A stretch of DNA of 64,000 bases from an uncultured Acidobacteriota bacterium. Lineage in GTDB: Bacteria; Acidobacteriota; Thermoanaerobaculia; Multivoradales; JAHEKO01. Shown one piece after another: positions 10,188 through 19,833 of the stretch. The DNA is taken from contig CAVQNG010000025.1 of the NCBI GenBank assembly GCA_963713825.1, positions 736,001 to 800,000 of the forward strand, read 5' to 3'. Numbering within the stretch: the stretch's first letter is position 1; each line of letters begins with the position of its first letter. The notes beneath the pieces were generated by a model. That model searched no databases. It worked only from the letters and a program-made list of their open reading frames with translations, and was not told the DNA's origin. Made by a program: the position numbers and the translations under genes.

Positions 10188-11273
10188 ATGTCGACCAAAA
10201 AGGAAGGACTCGGTGACAATGAGAGCTTCGAAGTGAGCCGCGATCCAGCATCGATCCGGAGCGGCTCGAGGCAGGCACCTTTCTTCTCGGTCGTGATTCC
10301 CGTACTGAATGGAGGGCCGGTGTTTCGAGAGTCTCTCGCAGCGCTGCACCGATCGTCCTTCAGGGACTTCGAGGTGTGGGTTGTGGATGACGGCTCGACC
10401 GATGGTTCCGTCGCGGCGGCCGAAGAGTCAGGGGCTCGTCTCCTGGGGACTCGGGGACGGCAGGGACCTTCCGTGGCCCGCAATCTGGGGGCTGAGAAGG
10501 CTCGGGGGGAGTTCCTCTTGTTTGTCGATGCCGACTGCAGTGTCGGGCCGGAGACGCTGAGCCTGGCGGCAGCCGCGTTGCGCGCCGACGAATCACTGGA
10601 TGCTCTGTTCGGGTCCTACGATGACGAGCCGGCCGCCCCCGGATGGGTGGCACAGTACAAGAACTTGCAGCACCACTGGGTTCATCAGCAGGGAGCCCCC
10701 GATGCCTCGACCTTCTGGGCCGGTTGCGGCGCGATTCGCCGCCGAGTCTTCCTGGACCTGGGGGGCTTCGACGAGGTTCGCTACCCTCGGCCCACCATCG
10801 AAGACATCGAGTTGGGTTACCGACTACGGGCCTCGGGCCGGCGCATTCGCCTCGCCAAGGAGGTGCAGGTCAAGCACCACAAGGCCTGGTCTCTGCAGAG
10901 CGTCGTTCAGAGCGACCTTTTCGACCGGGGAATCCCCTGGAGTGAGCTCCTCGCCGGTCGTGAAGGACCCGCCAAGGAGCTCAATCTCGGCTCGGGCGGT
11001 CGGCTGAGCGTGGTCTCGGCCGTTCTGTTGCTGGCCTCCTTCGTCCTGATTCTGTTCGAGCCACGCTGGGCTCTTCTGGCTGGCCTCGCCCTCGCAACCT
11101 TGCTCTGGCTGAATAGGGACTTCTACAGGTTTCTATCGTCCAAGCGAGGACCGGCCTTTCTACTCGTAGCTCTACCTCTGCATTGGCTCTACTACCTGAA
11201 TTGCGCCGTCGCGTTTCCTGTCGGCCAGTTGCGCTACCAATGGCGTAAGTTGCTGAAGGCAGTAGGGGCTTAG
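10188..11273 (+). CDS. Family 2 glycosyltransferase with C-terminal membrane helices
   Basis: SVVIP, VDDGSTD, FVDAD, IEDIELG motifs; hydrophobic C-terminus. Confidence 0.92.
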   Translation: MSTKKEGLGDNESFEVSRDPASIRSGSRQAPFFSVVIPVLNGGPVFRESLAALHRSSFRDFEVWVVDDGSTDGSVAAAEESGARLLGTRGRQGPSVARNLGAEKARGEFLLFVDADCSVGPETLSLAAAALRADESLDALFGSYDDEPAAPGWVAQYKNLQHHWVHQQGAPDASTFWAGCGAIRRRVFLDLGGFDEVRYPRPTIEDIELGYRLRASGRRIRLAKEVQVKHHKAWSLQSVVQSDLFDRGIPWSELLAGREGPAKELNLGSGGRLSVVSAVLLLASFVLILFEPRWALLAGLALATLLWLNRDFYRFLSSKRGPAFLLVALPLHWLYYLNCAVAFPVGQLRYQWRKLLKAVGA

Positions 11274-11376
11274 GGGAATGGGCGAGGGCCCCACAGCCTC
11301 AAAGGTAGGCCGGAGGCAGGATGGACTCCTCAACCCCCAAGCCCCAAGGTTCGGCCGGAAGGTACGGCCGGACGCC

Positions 11377-12888
11377 TCAACCCTCATGGTGGGATGGGCG
11401 ACTGGGTCGTGCATCTTCTGGGATGCCCCCGATCAGGGCGAGCGTCGCGCTGTACGTCACGATGCCGGCGAGCAGTCGCAGAAGCCAGGACGAGCTCGGT
11501 CCCAGCCAGAGGAGCAGCGCTGTCATCACCGCGGACGCCACGATCGGTTTGATCAGGAGGCCGAACGCAATATCGACTTTCAGCCGCCGACAAGCCAGGT
11601 AGTCGAGAGTCAGGATGAGCCCTTCGGCGATCACCGTGGCGACAGCTGCCCCCATGATGCCGTGCCTGGGGATGAGAATCAGATTCAAGACGATGTTGAG
11701 AGATGCGGCGATCGCCTGGATCCACATCAAGACCCGGGTCCGGTCGTGGGCCAACAAAGTAATTCCCAACAGGCCGTGCAGGAACATGAACGCGACGCTG
11801 ACGAGGAGCAGGCGAAAGGCGTCGGCTCCCTCGCCGTACTCGGGACCGAACAGATTGACGAGAAGCGGGCCGGCGAGGAGGATCCCGCCTGTAGCCATGG
11901 GGATTGCGAGCGCGGCGCAAAACTCGAGGGCTCGATTGACGAGCTGACTGACCTCCTGGGACGATCGGTGGGCGGCTCTGGAGAGAGCGGGTAGATAGGC
12001 CACCTGCAGGGAGTGGCCGATGAGGATGACGAGAAAGCAGATTCGATAGGCCGCTGTGTAAAGGCCAACGGCGATCTCCCCAATCAGCAGGGAGAGTAGG
12101 ACGACATCGAAAACGTTGATCAGGGCGCGGAGCAATTGGCCAATGACGAAAGGGACCGAGGCTCGAAAGATCGACCGGGCCTTGTCCAGATCGGGGGTCC
12201 AGGGAGATCCCTTGAAGAGAGGCACGGCCAGATAGGCAGCCCCAACAAGCTCACCGAAGAGGACGCAGATCGGCACCCAGAGAATATTCTCGGGTCCGCG
12301 GACGACAAGAAAGAGCGCCGCCACATAGACGGCCTGTCCCAGGATCAGGCTGATTCCGACGCGACGGTTTCTCGCCAGCCCCTTGTACACCCAGCCGGTG
12401 TCCAGGGACAGGGAGATGTAAGTGAGGGCGGTGAGCATGACGACCCACTTGACGATCTCCGGCTTGTCGAGCACCAGGGTTCCCAGATAGGTCAGCAGAA
12501 AGACCCCGCTTGCAAGAGCCAGACGCAGCACGATGACCCCGCCGGTCACGGGCGCGATTTGACCTGGGTGGCGGGCCACCTCGCGTGCCCCCACAGGACC
12601 GAAACCGGCCCTCAGAGCAATTGCGAAGTAGCTGCAAACTGCGGTGGCGAAGCCGATGACGCCGAATCCGTAGACTCCGAGTCGGCGCGCGAGATAAGCG
12701 GTGCCGATGAAAGCGACCGCCTTCGAAATGACGATTCCGCTGCCCAGGGATAGAAAATTGTCCAACACGGTACTGGACCCCATTGGACTGTCGGGCGATT
12801 GGCTCCGATTGTCCGAGGTCGAGCCTTCGAGACCATGATCGATCTGGGTACCGTCGGCGTCGGGGAGTTCGGATTCAGCAGCGGCCAA
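11377..12888 (-). CDS. Wzx/MOP-family oligosaccharide flippase (start uncertain; alternative ATG 12783)
   Basis: Many TM helices; LARRLG..FG, VGLYTAAYR, LNLILIPRHGIMGAAVAT signature. Confidence 0.9.
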   Translation of the reverse strand: MAAAESELPDADGTQIDHGLEGSTSDNRSQSPDSPMGSSTVLDNFLSLGSGIVISKAVAFIGTAYLARRLGVYGFGVIGFATAVCSYFAIALRAGFGPVGAREVARHPGQIAPVTGGVIVLRLALASGVFLLTYLGTLVLDKPEIVKWVVMLTALTYISLSLDTGWVYKGLARNRRVGISLILGQAVYVAALFLVVRGPENILWVPICVLFGELVGAAYLAVPLFKGSPWTPDLDKARSIFRASVPFVIGQLLRALINVFDVVLLSLLIGEIAVGLYTAAYRICFLVILIGHSLQVAYLPALSRAAHRSSQEVSQLVNRALEFCAALAIPMATGGILLAGPLLVNLFGPEYGEGADAFRLLLVSVAFMFLHGLLGITLLAHDRTRVLMWIQAIAASLNIVLNLILIPRHGIMGAAVATVIAEGLILTLDYLACRRLKVDIAFGLLIKPIVASAVMTALLLWLGPSSSWLLRLLAGIVTYSATLALIGGIPEDARPSRPSHHEG

Positions 12889-13013
12889 AGGTTTGAGCTC
12901 GAGAAGAGGGTGCGATCGTTTTCCGGGTCGTGGTGCGTTGAACTCTATCCTCTCCGGCTGTTCAGCGGGAGGGAGCCGGCGATCGTGGGTCGGGATAGGA
13001 TAGGCGCCGACTC

Positions 13014-14831
13014 ATGAGCAAGACCATCATTATCGGCGCCGGTCCGGCCGGTCTCACCGCGGCCAATGAGTTGCTCACTCTGGGCCACCCCGCAGAAGTC
13101 TACGAGATGGATGCGGTGGTTGGCGGGATCTCTCGCACCGCTCAGTATCGCGGCTATCGATTCGATATCGGCGGACACCGGTTCTTCACCAAGGTTCCGG
13201 CGGTCCAGGAGCTGTGGGAAGAGGTGCTCGGCGACGATCTCTTGGAGCGCCCCCGGCTCTCCAGGATCTACTACAACGACAAGTTCTTCGACTACCCCTT
13301 GAAGCCTCTGAACGCACTGCGGGGACTCGGACCGATCGAAGCGGGTCGAGTGGGCCTGAGCTATCTCTGGGCTCAGGTGGCGCCTCACCCTACCGAGAAC
13401 AACTTCGAGGAGTGGGTCTCCAACCGGTTCGGCCGTCGTCTTTTCGAAGTCTTCTTCAAGACCTACACAGAGAAGGTGTGGGGCATGCCCTGCACGGAGA
13501 TCAGCGCTGACTGGGCTGCGCAGCGCATCAAGAACCTGGACCTGTTCAAGGCAGTCAAGAATTCTCTGATCGGCTCGGTGGGTGATCGGGAGGTCATCAC
13601 GACGCTGATCGACCGCTTCCACTATCCGCGACTCGGTCCTGGAATGATGTGGGAGCGTCTCACCGAGCGACTAAGGGAATCGGGCACACCTGTGCACCTC
13701 GAGACTCCGGTGCAAGAGCTGCATCACCGCGACGGCCGAATTACGGCCGTCACGGTCGGAGCGGCCGACGGTGGAGGCAACAGGGAATTGCCGGCAGATC
13801 ACGTCATCTCTTCGATGCCCCTCCGAGAGCTGCTATTGAGCTTTTCTCCACCGCCGCCGGCCGAAGTCCGGCAGGCGGCGAACCGACTGCGATACCGCGA
13901 TTTCCTCACGGTGATTCTGATCGTGCGACAGAAAGATGTGTTCCCCGACAACTGGATCTACATCCACTCGCCGGATGTCCGGGTCGGTCGCGTACAGAAT
14001 TTCGGCAGCTGGAGCCCCGAGATGGTGCCCGATGCTTCGACGACCTCACTCGGACTGGAGTACTTCGTTCAGGAGGGCGATGACCTGTGGAGCTCCTCTG
14101 ACGAGGCCCTTCTCGAGCTCGGAGCTCGGGAGCTGGCCGTCCTCGGTCTGGCTCCGGAGGAGAGCGTGGTTGACGGCACCGTCGTCCGCATGCCGAAGGC
14201 CTACCCGGTCTACGATGACGCGTACAAAGAGGCGCTGGCCCTGATTCGAGGCTATCTCTCCGGCTTCCCGAATCTGCAGGTCATAGGACGCAACGGCCAG
14301 CACCGCTACAACAATCAGGACCATTCGATGCTGGCGGGGATGCTGGCGGCACGCAATGTTCTCGGCGAGTCGCACGATGTCTGGGCGGTCAACGTGGAGC
14401 AGGAGTACCACGAGGAGGTCTCGGACGGCGAGGGGAAGGTCAAGGACCGGTTGACCCCCGAGCGCCTGGATCGACCCGAGCTCGAAGAGCTCATTCAGCA
14501 GGCGTTTGCGCGCTTCGATCCCATCGCTCTAGGTACGGCGGTCGGTTCCGTTGCCGCTCTCATCCTCTTTGCGAGCACAGTGGCGCTCCTGCTCGAAGGC
14601 AGTGATCCGCTGGGCCCGACGCTTTCGCTTCTGGGTCAGTTCCTGACCGGCTATCAGGTATCCTGGACTGGAGCGCTCGTCGGTTTTGCAGAGGCCGGAG
14701 TGCTCGGGTTCGGGCTCGGCTGGCTGATGGCCAAGATGATGAATCTGCTGGTGGGTGCGACCGAAAGGTCGATCCGCCGCCGTCTGGAGATTGGAGAGGT
14801 CTTGGATCCACTGAATGCCGGAGAGCTATGA
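13014..14831 (+). CDS. FAD-dependent oxidoreductase (UDP-galactopyranose mutase/HemY-like superfamily) with a fused C-terminal membrane domain
   Basis: IIGAGPAGL, FDIGGHRFFTK, GRNGQHRYNNQDHSM; last ~110 aa hydrophobic. Confidence 0.88.
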   Translation: MSKTIIIGAGPAGLTAANELLTLGHPAEVYEMDAVVGGISRTAQYRGYRFDIGGHRFFTKVPAVQELWEEVLGDDLLERPRLSRIYYNDKFFDYPLKPLNALRGLGPIEAGRVGLSYLWAQVAPHPTENNFEEWVSNRFGRRLFEVFFKTYTEKVWGMPCTEISADWAAQRIKNLDLFKAVKNSLIGSVGDREVITTLIDRFHYPRLGPGMMWERLTERLRESGTPVHLETPVQELHHRDGRITAVTVGAADGGGNRELPADHVISSMPLRELLLSFSPPPPAEVRQAANRLRYRDFLTVILIVRQKDVFPDNWIYIHSPDVRVGRVQNFGSWSPEMVPDASTTSLGLEYFVQEGDDLWSSSDEALLELGARELAVLGLAPEESVVDGTVVRMPKAYPVYDDAYKEALALIRGYLSGFPNLQVIGRNGQHRYNNQDHSMLAGMLAARNVLGESHDVWAVNVEQEYHEEVSDGEGKVKDRLTPERLDRPELEELIQQAFARFDPIALGTAVGSVAALILFASTVALLLEGSDPLGPTLSLLGQFLTGYQVSWTGALVGFAEAGVLGFGLGWLMAKMMNLLVGATERSIRRRLEIGEVLDPLNAGEL

Positions 14832-15145
14832 CGCGAAAGAGCACAGCTGATGAAGAGACCCTGATCCGCTCCGCCGTGGCGCGCTTGCGAGCCGGCATCT
14901 TGGCCATCGCCTGCGGCCTTCTGGCCGGCACCGGACTCTTCGTCGCCACCGTGTGGCTCGTTCTCCAGGGCGGAGAGACGGTCGGGCCGCATCTCGGCTT
15001 GTTGCGCTACTACCTACCTGGATATTCGGTCACCTGGCCTGGCGCTTTCCTGGGCTTCTTCTATGGTTTTCTTCTCGGCGTCATCGTCGGTGGCATGACC
15101 GGTTGGATCTACAATCGAGTGGCTGACTGGAGACAATCTCGATAG
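14828..15145 (+). CDS. Small membrane protein homologous to the C-terminal domain of the preceding gene
   Basis: ATGA overlap; GPHLGLL..YLPGYSVTWPGA vs GPTLSLLGQFLTGYQVSWTGA. Confidence 0.8.
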   Translation: MTRKSTADEETLIRSAVARLRAGILAIACGLLAGTGLFVATVWLVLQGGETVGPHLGLLRYYLPGYSVTWPGAFLGFFYGFLLGVIVGGMTGWIYNRVADWRQSR

Positions 15146-15220
15146 AGGGCAAGCTGGAGAGCCGTCAATCTCGCCGGCCGAGGGCGGTCGGTCTATGAAC
15201 CCGGGGGGTCTCGCAAGACG

Positions 15221-16006
15221 ATGGAGCTAAAGGGTCGGATCGCGCTGGTCACCGGCGCCGCTCACCGGCTGGGCAAGGCTGTCGCGACGGCTTTGGCAGC
15301 AGAGGGATGCCACCTGGTCGTCCACTTCGGCCGCTCGGCGCGACAAGCCGCCCAGACCGTCGACGAATTGTCGGCCGTGGGGGTAGAGGCGGTGGCGATG
15401 GCAGCCGACCTCTCGCAGGAGGACGAGATCGAGGGGCTCTTCTCGCGGGTCGAAACCCAGTTTGGCAAGCTCGACATTCTCGTCAACAGCGCGGCTAGTT
15501 TCGAGCAGCAGGCATTCGACGCTGTGCGAGCCGAAGACTGGGATCGGGTCATGGCGGTGAATCTGCGAGCCCCTTTTCTCTGCACCCGACAAGCCGCCCG
15601 GCTGATGAGAGCGAGCCGACGGGAAGAAGAGCTGCCGGCACTGGTCGTAAACATGGTCGATCTCAGCGCCGTCTCGCCCTGGCCGGGGTACGTCCAGCAT
15701 GGCGTCAGCAAAGCGGGATTGCTTCAGTTGACTAGAATCGCTGCCAGGGAGTTGGCTCCGGGGGTACGAGTCAACGCGATTCTGCCGGGCGCAGTCCTCC
15801 CCCCACCCGGGATGGAAGCGCAGAGTGAGCAATGGCGGAAGATGGGCGAGCTTCTGCCGGTCGGTCGGACTGGTGAGCCTTCCCAGGTTGGTCGAACGGC
15901 AGTTTTCTTGGCGCAAAACGACTTCATAACCGGCGAAGTGATCTTCGTCGACGGTGGAGAGCATCTCCTTGGTGCGGGTCATCGTCGGTCGGTCGAGGAG
16001 ATCTGA
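15221..16006 (+). CDS. Pteridine reductase-like SDR (FolM/PTR1 type)
   Basis: VTGAAHRLG, LVNSA, catalytic region HGVSK; lies next to folB and folK. Confidence 0.82.
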   Translation: MELKGRIALVTGAAHRLGKAVATALAAEGCHLVVHFGRSARQAAQTVDELSAVGVEAVAMAADLSQEDEIEGLFSRVETQFGKLDILVNSAASFEQQAFDAVRAEDWDRVMAVNLRAPFLCTRQAARLMRASRREEELPALVVNMVDLSAVSPWPGYVQHGVSKAGLLQLTRIAARELAPGVRVNAILPGAVLPPPGMEAQSEQWRKMGELLPVGRTGEPSQVGRTAVFLAQNDFITGEVIFVDGGEHLLGAGHRRSVEEI

Positions 16007-16033
16007 GTTACGAATCCCAGGAGCGCTCGATTC

Positions 16034-16402
16034 ATGACAGACGACAAGCTATTGATCAACGATCTTCTCCTGAGGGGCATCGTGGGCCTCAACGACTGGG
16101 AGAGAGAGAAGAAGCAGGACATCCTGATCAATCTGACGGTCTTTGTGGACACCAGGGCCGCTGGTGAGTCCGATGACATTGAAGATTCGGTCAACTACCG
16201 CACGCTCACGAAGGCCATCATCCAGTATGTGGAAGGATCTTCCCACTACCTGGTGGAGACGCTGGCGGCAGCGATAGCGAAGATCGCGATCGTGGACTTC
16301 GGAGCCCAAGGTATCCGAGTTCGCGTCGAGAAGATGGGTGCCTTGCGTTTTTCTCGCTCGGTCGGTGTGGAGATCGAGCGCCGCCGCGCGGATTTCGATT
16401 GA
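16034..16402 (+). CDS. folB: Dihydroneopterin aldolase
   Basis: IVGLNDWEREKKQ, SVNY, LVETLA, VRVEKMGA. Confidence 0.92.
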   Translation: MTDDKLLINDLLLRGIVGLNDWEREKKQDILINLTVFVDTRAAGESDDIEDSVNYRTLTKAIIQYVEGSSHYLVETLAAAIAKIAIVDFGAQGIRVRVEKMGALRFSRSVGVEIERRRADFD

Positions 16403-16405
16403 GCC

Positions 16406-16930
16406 TTGGGCACTCCTGCTTTCTCTCCGACACTGCTCTTGATGGGTTCGAACATCGAGCCCAGGGTCAATATCGCCCGCGCTGCGACCTTGCTGCTCGA
16501 GTCTTTCCCGCAGGTCCGTTTTTCGCGCGTCTTCGAGACTGAGCCCGTCGGAGCAGCGGACGCGCCCTGGTTTCTCAACGCTGCGGCGGCGATCTCGACC
16601 GATCTCAGTCCCCTGGAATTGAAATACCAGCTCTTACGGCCATTGGAGTCGAGCCTCGGGCGGCGACGTTGCTCCGACCGGAATGCCCCGAGAACCATCG
16701 ATCTGGACATCGCCATGTGCGGTGACCTTGTGATGAAGGTCAAAGCGGAGGGTCTGGAGATCCCAGATCCTCAAATCTTGAACACAGCTCATATCGCTCT
16801 GCCTCTGGCCGATCTCGCGCCTGAAATGTTGCATCCCATCACTGGACAGTCCTTACGGGAGATTGCCGCGGGCCTGACCGGTGGTGCCTCGGTGAAGCCG
16901 GTTGTTGATATGGAATTGGGCGGGGTGTGA
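16406..16930 (+). CDS. folK: 2-amino-4-hydroxy-6-hydroxymethyldihydropteridine diphosphokinase
   Basis: MGSN, ETEPVG, FLN, PRTIDLDI, PLADLAP...HP. Confidence 0.92.
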   Translation: MGTPAFSPTLLLMGSNIEPRVNIARAATLLLESFPQVRFSRVFETEPVGAADAPWFLNAAAAISTDLSPLELKYQLLRPLESSLGRRRCSDRNAPRTIDLDIAMCGDLVMKVKAEGLEIPDPQILNTAHIALPLADLAPEMLHPITGQSLREIAAGLTGGASVKPVVDMELGGV

Positions 16931-16966
16931 GGGCAATTCCGATGTGGACTCCGATAAGGTTCCAAG

Positions 16967-19817
16967 ATGCGTAGGCCCGTGGCTCGCCTGACCCGATCGT
17001 GGATGGTCCTGGTAGGGCTGCTGATCTGTTCAGCGGCCTACTCTCTACCAGCGCCGACCCGCTTGGAGTTCATCGGCGAAGCTCTTGTCCCACCCGGTTC
17101 GCAGGTGGAGGGTCGGAGTGTGGGTGGTCTGTCGGGGATTGCCTACGAGCCGAGCTCGGACCGATTCTTCGTGGTTTCGGACGAACCCGGGAATCGCTTC
17201 CCAGCCAGTTTCTTCGTTCTGGAGATCGACCTGAAAGAAGGTCGGCTCGAGAAGGGGGCCGTGCGCGTCACAGATGTGGTGACGCTGCAAGATGAACCTG
17301 GTCAGCCCTTCCCGACAAATGGCGTCGATCCGGAGGGCGCTGTTTTCACCTCTGATGGCAACCTCCTCATTTCGTCCGAGGGTCAGGCCAGCGCCGGAGT
17401 TCCTCCATTCGTGCGTGAGTTCGGGGTCGATGGCCGACCGATAAGAGCGTTCGAGCTACCATCCCGGTACCTGCCGTCTCCTGGCCACGGAGTGAGGCAC
17501 AACCTTGCGTTCGAAGCCCTCACCATCAGCCCCGACAGCCGATACGCCATTGTGGCTACTGAGAACGCTCTGGCGCAGGATGGGCCGAAATCCTCCCTGG
17601 AGACCAGGAGCCCTGCACGGTTGGCTAGATTCGACATGCGGGGCGGGTCACTGGTCGACGAGTATTTGTATTGGGTAGAGCCAGTGGCCAGCCCGGCCAC
17701 CCTGACAGACGGCCTCGAGGTGGCCGGTTTGGTGGAACTGATCGCCCTGGACGAGACTCGTCTGTTGGCGCTGGAGAGATCCTTCTCGATGGGAGCAGGC
17801 AACGCGATTCGCCTCTTCCTGGTCTCGCTGGAAGGAGCCACGGACATCAGCAGCCATGAGTCGCTGGCGGCGATCGATCTCGAGACGGTTCGGCCGGTGA
17901 CCAAGCAACTACTCATCGATCTTGATGACCTTGGCGTCAGTTTGGACAACCTGGAAGGCATGACTTTCGGCCCGCAGCTCGCCGATGGGCGGCGCAGCCT
18001 GATTCTTGTTGGTGACGACAATTTCAACTACCCGATCCAGGTCTCGCAGATCCTTGCCTTCGCTGTCGGCTCAGAGCCGATGGGCATTTCTCAGGCTCAG
18101 GGGGCTGGTCACACGTCGCCGCTGGAAGGTCAGTGGGTGGGAGGGATCGCCGGTGTCGTGACGGCGCTGCAAGGGGGCCGGGAGGCAGGTTTCTGGATGC
18201 AGGAGTCGGAAGGCGAAACGGCACCTGACACATCGCAGGCCATTCAAGTTCTGGCAGAACAGGCCGGTGATGTCTCGATCGGTGACCGGGTCGAAGCCTG
18301 GGGTCGCGTCGTAGAGATGGACAACCGATACGGCCTGACCGTCACGGTGCTCGAGGCGAGCTCGCTCGAGGTCCTCGAGAGTAATGTCGACCTGCCGCCT
18401 GGCGGTCCAGATTGGTGAGGCAGGCAGAAAGCCGCCTGGCTCGGTGGTGGACAACGATGGCTTGCAGTGGTTCGAGCCTGAGTTCGACGGCCTCGACTTC
18501 TGGGAGAGCATGGAGGGAATGAGAGTCGAAGTTCGACGGTCGACCGTTGTCGGACCGACCACTCGACATGGCGATGTTGTCGTGATCGGAGATTCGGGAC
18601 TGATCGCGTCGCACAGGACCAGCGCTGGGGGCGTCCTCCTACGGCCCGGTGAGATGAATCCGCAGCGCTTGGTCGTTGACTCGTTTCGAGTCGGAGGAGC
18701 TCCGTCGACGGCAGTCGGTGATCGCTTCGACGGCGAGATCGTGGGTATCCTGGACTACCGATTCGGAGCGTATCGCCTGCTTGCGACGCAGCCCCTCCCC
18801 GAAGTGACGAGTCGACGACGGGAGGTAGCTCGAAGCCGGTTGACCGGGGGGCGCGGCAGCCTGACCCTTGCCACCTACAACGTCGAGAACCTGGATCCGT
18901 CGGCCGGCCGTGAGCGCTTTCGGAAACTCGGGTTGGTGATCGTCGATCACTTGCGAAGTCCCGACATCCTGGCTCTGCAGGAGGTCCAGGACAACAGCGG
19001 TGCCGAGGACAACGGCGTCGTCGAGGCGGATGAGACGTTCGAGGGACTGATTCAGGCGATCGGTGCGGCCGGAGGACCGACCTACGACTACGTCCAGATC
19101 GATCCAGTGGATGGTGCTGACGGCGGGCAGCCCGGGGCCAATATTCGAGTCGGATACCTATTCAACCCCGCTCGAGTCCAACTTCGCCGCCGCGGTTCAG
19201 ATACGACGTCGGGGCCATCGACAGCCGCCACTCTGGGCGCGCGTGGAGCCGGGTTGTCGGTGAATCCCGGTCTCGTCGAACCGCAGCATCCTGCCTTCTC
19301 GGGTGACGAGGCCCGAGGTTTCGAACCGGGTCGCAAGGCGCTGGCGGTGGAGTTCGAGTTCCGAGGCGAGAAGCTCTTCGTGGTCAACAATCACTGGAAG
19401 TCGAAACGGGGTGACGAGCCGATTTTCGGCGTCCGCCAACCGCCTTTCTGGTCCACGGAAGATCAGCGCTCACAGCAGGCAGCGGTCATTGGTGGATTCG
19501 CCCAAGCACTCACCAGGTTGGATCCGTTGGCGAGAGTGATCGTGCTGGGAGACCTCAACGACCACGAGTTCCGAAGCCCACTGCGGGTCCTGGAGGGGGC
19601 CGGTCTGGTGAATCTCATGGGACTGGTACCCGTGGCGGACCGATACTCGTTCAACTACCGTGGCAACTCGCAGCTCCTGGACCACGTGCTGGTCAGCCGC
19701 AGCCTGTACGACACGGCGAATCCCGAGGTCGACGTCATCCACATCAACGCCGATGTCGCCGCCGACGAGAGAGCGAGTGACCACGATCCGGTCGTGGTGC
19801 GGCTGCATCTGGATTGA
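16967..19817 (+). pseudogene. Exported phytase-like esterase + OB + endonuclease/exonuclease/phosphatase fusion, split by a frameshift near 18400
   Basis: ORF 16967-18418 (GGLSGI, DPEG, DNLEG, DDNF) and ORF 18384-19817 (TYNVENL, LQEVQDN, GDLND, SDHDP) join as LPP-[g]-AVQIGEAGRKPP when one base is removed. Confidence 0.7.
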
Positions 19818-19833
19818 TGGGTCCGACGGGGTT

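Noticed and set aside
9801-10349. 182-aa minus-strand ORF across the candidate ncRNA
   Set aside because: It overlaps the GT2 gene antisense and has no motifs; nested stems and GNRA loops explain the region better as + strand RNA.
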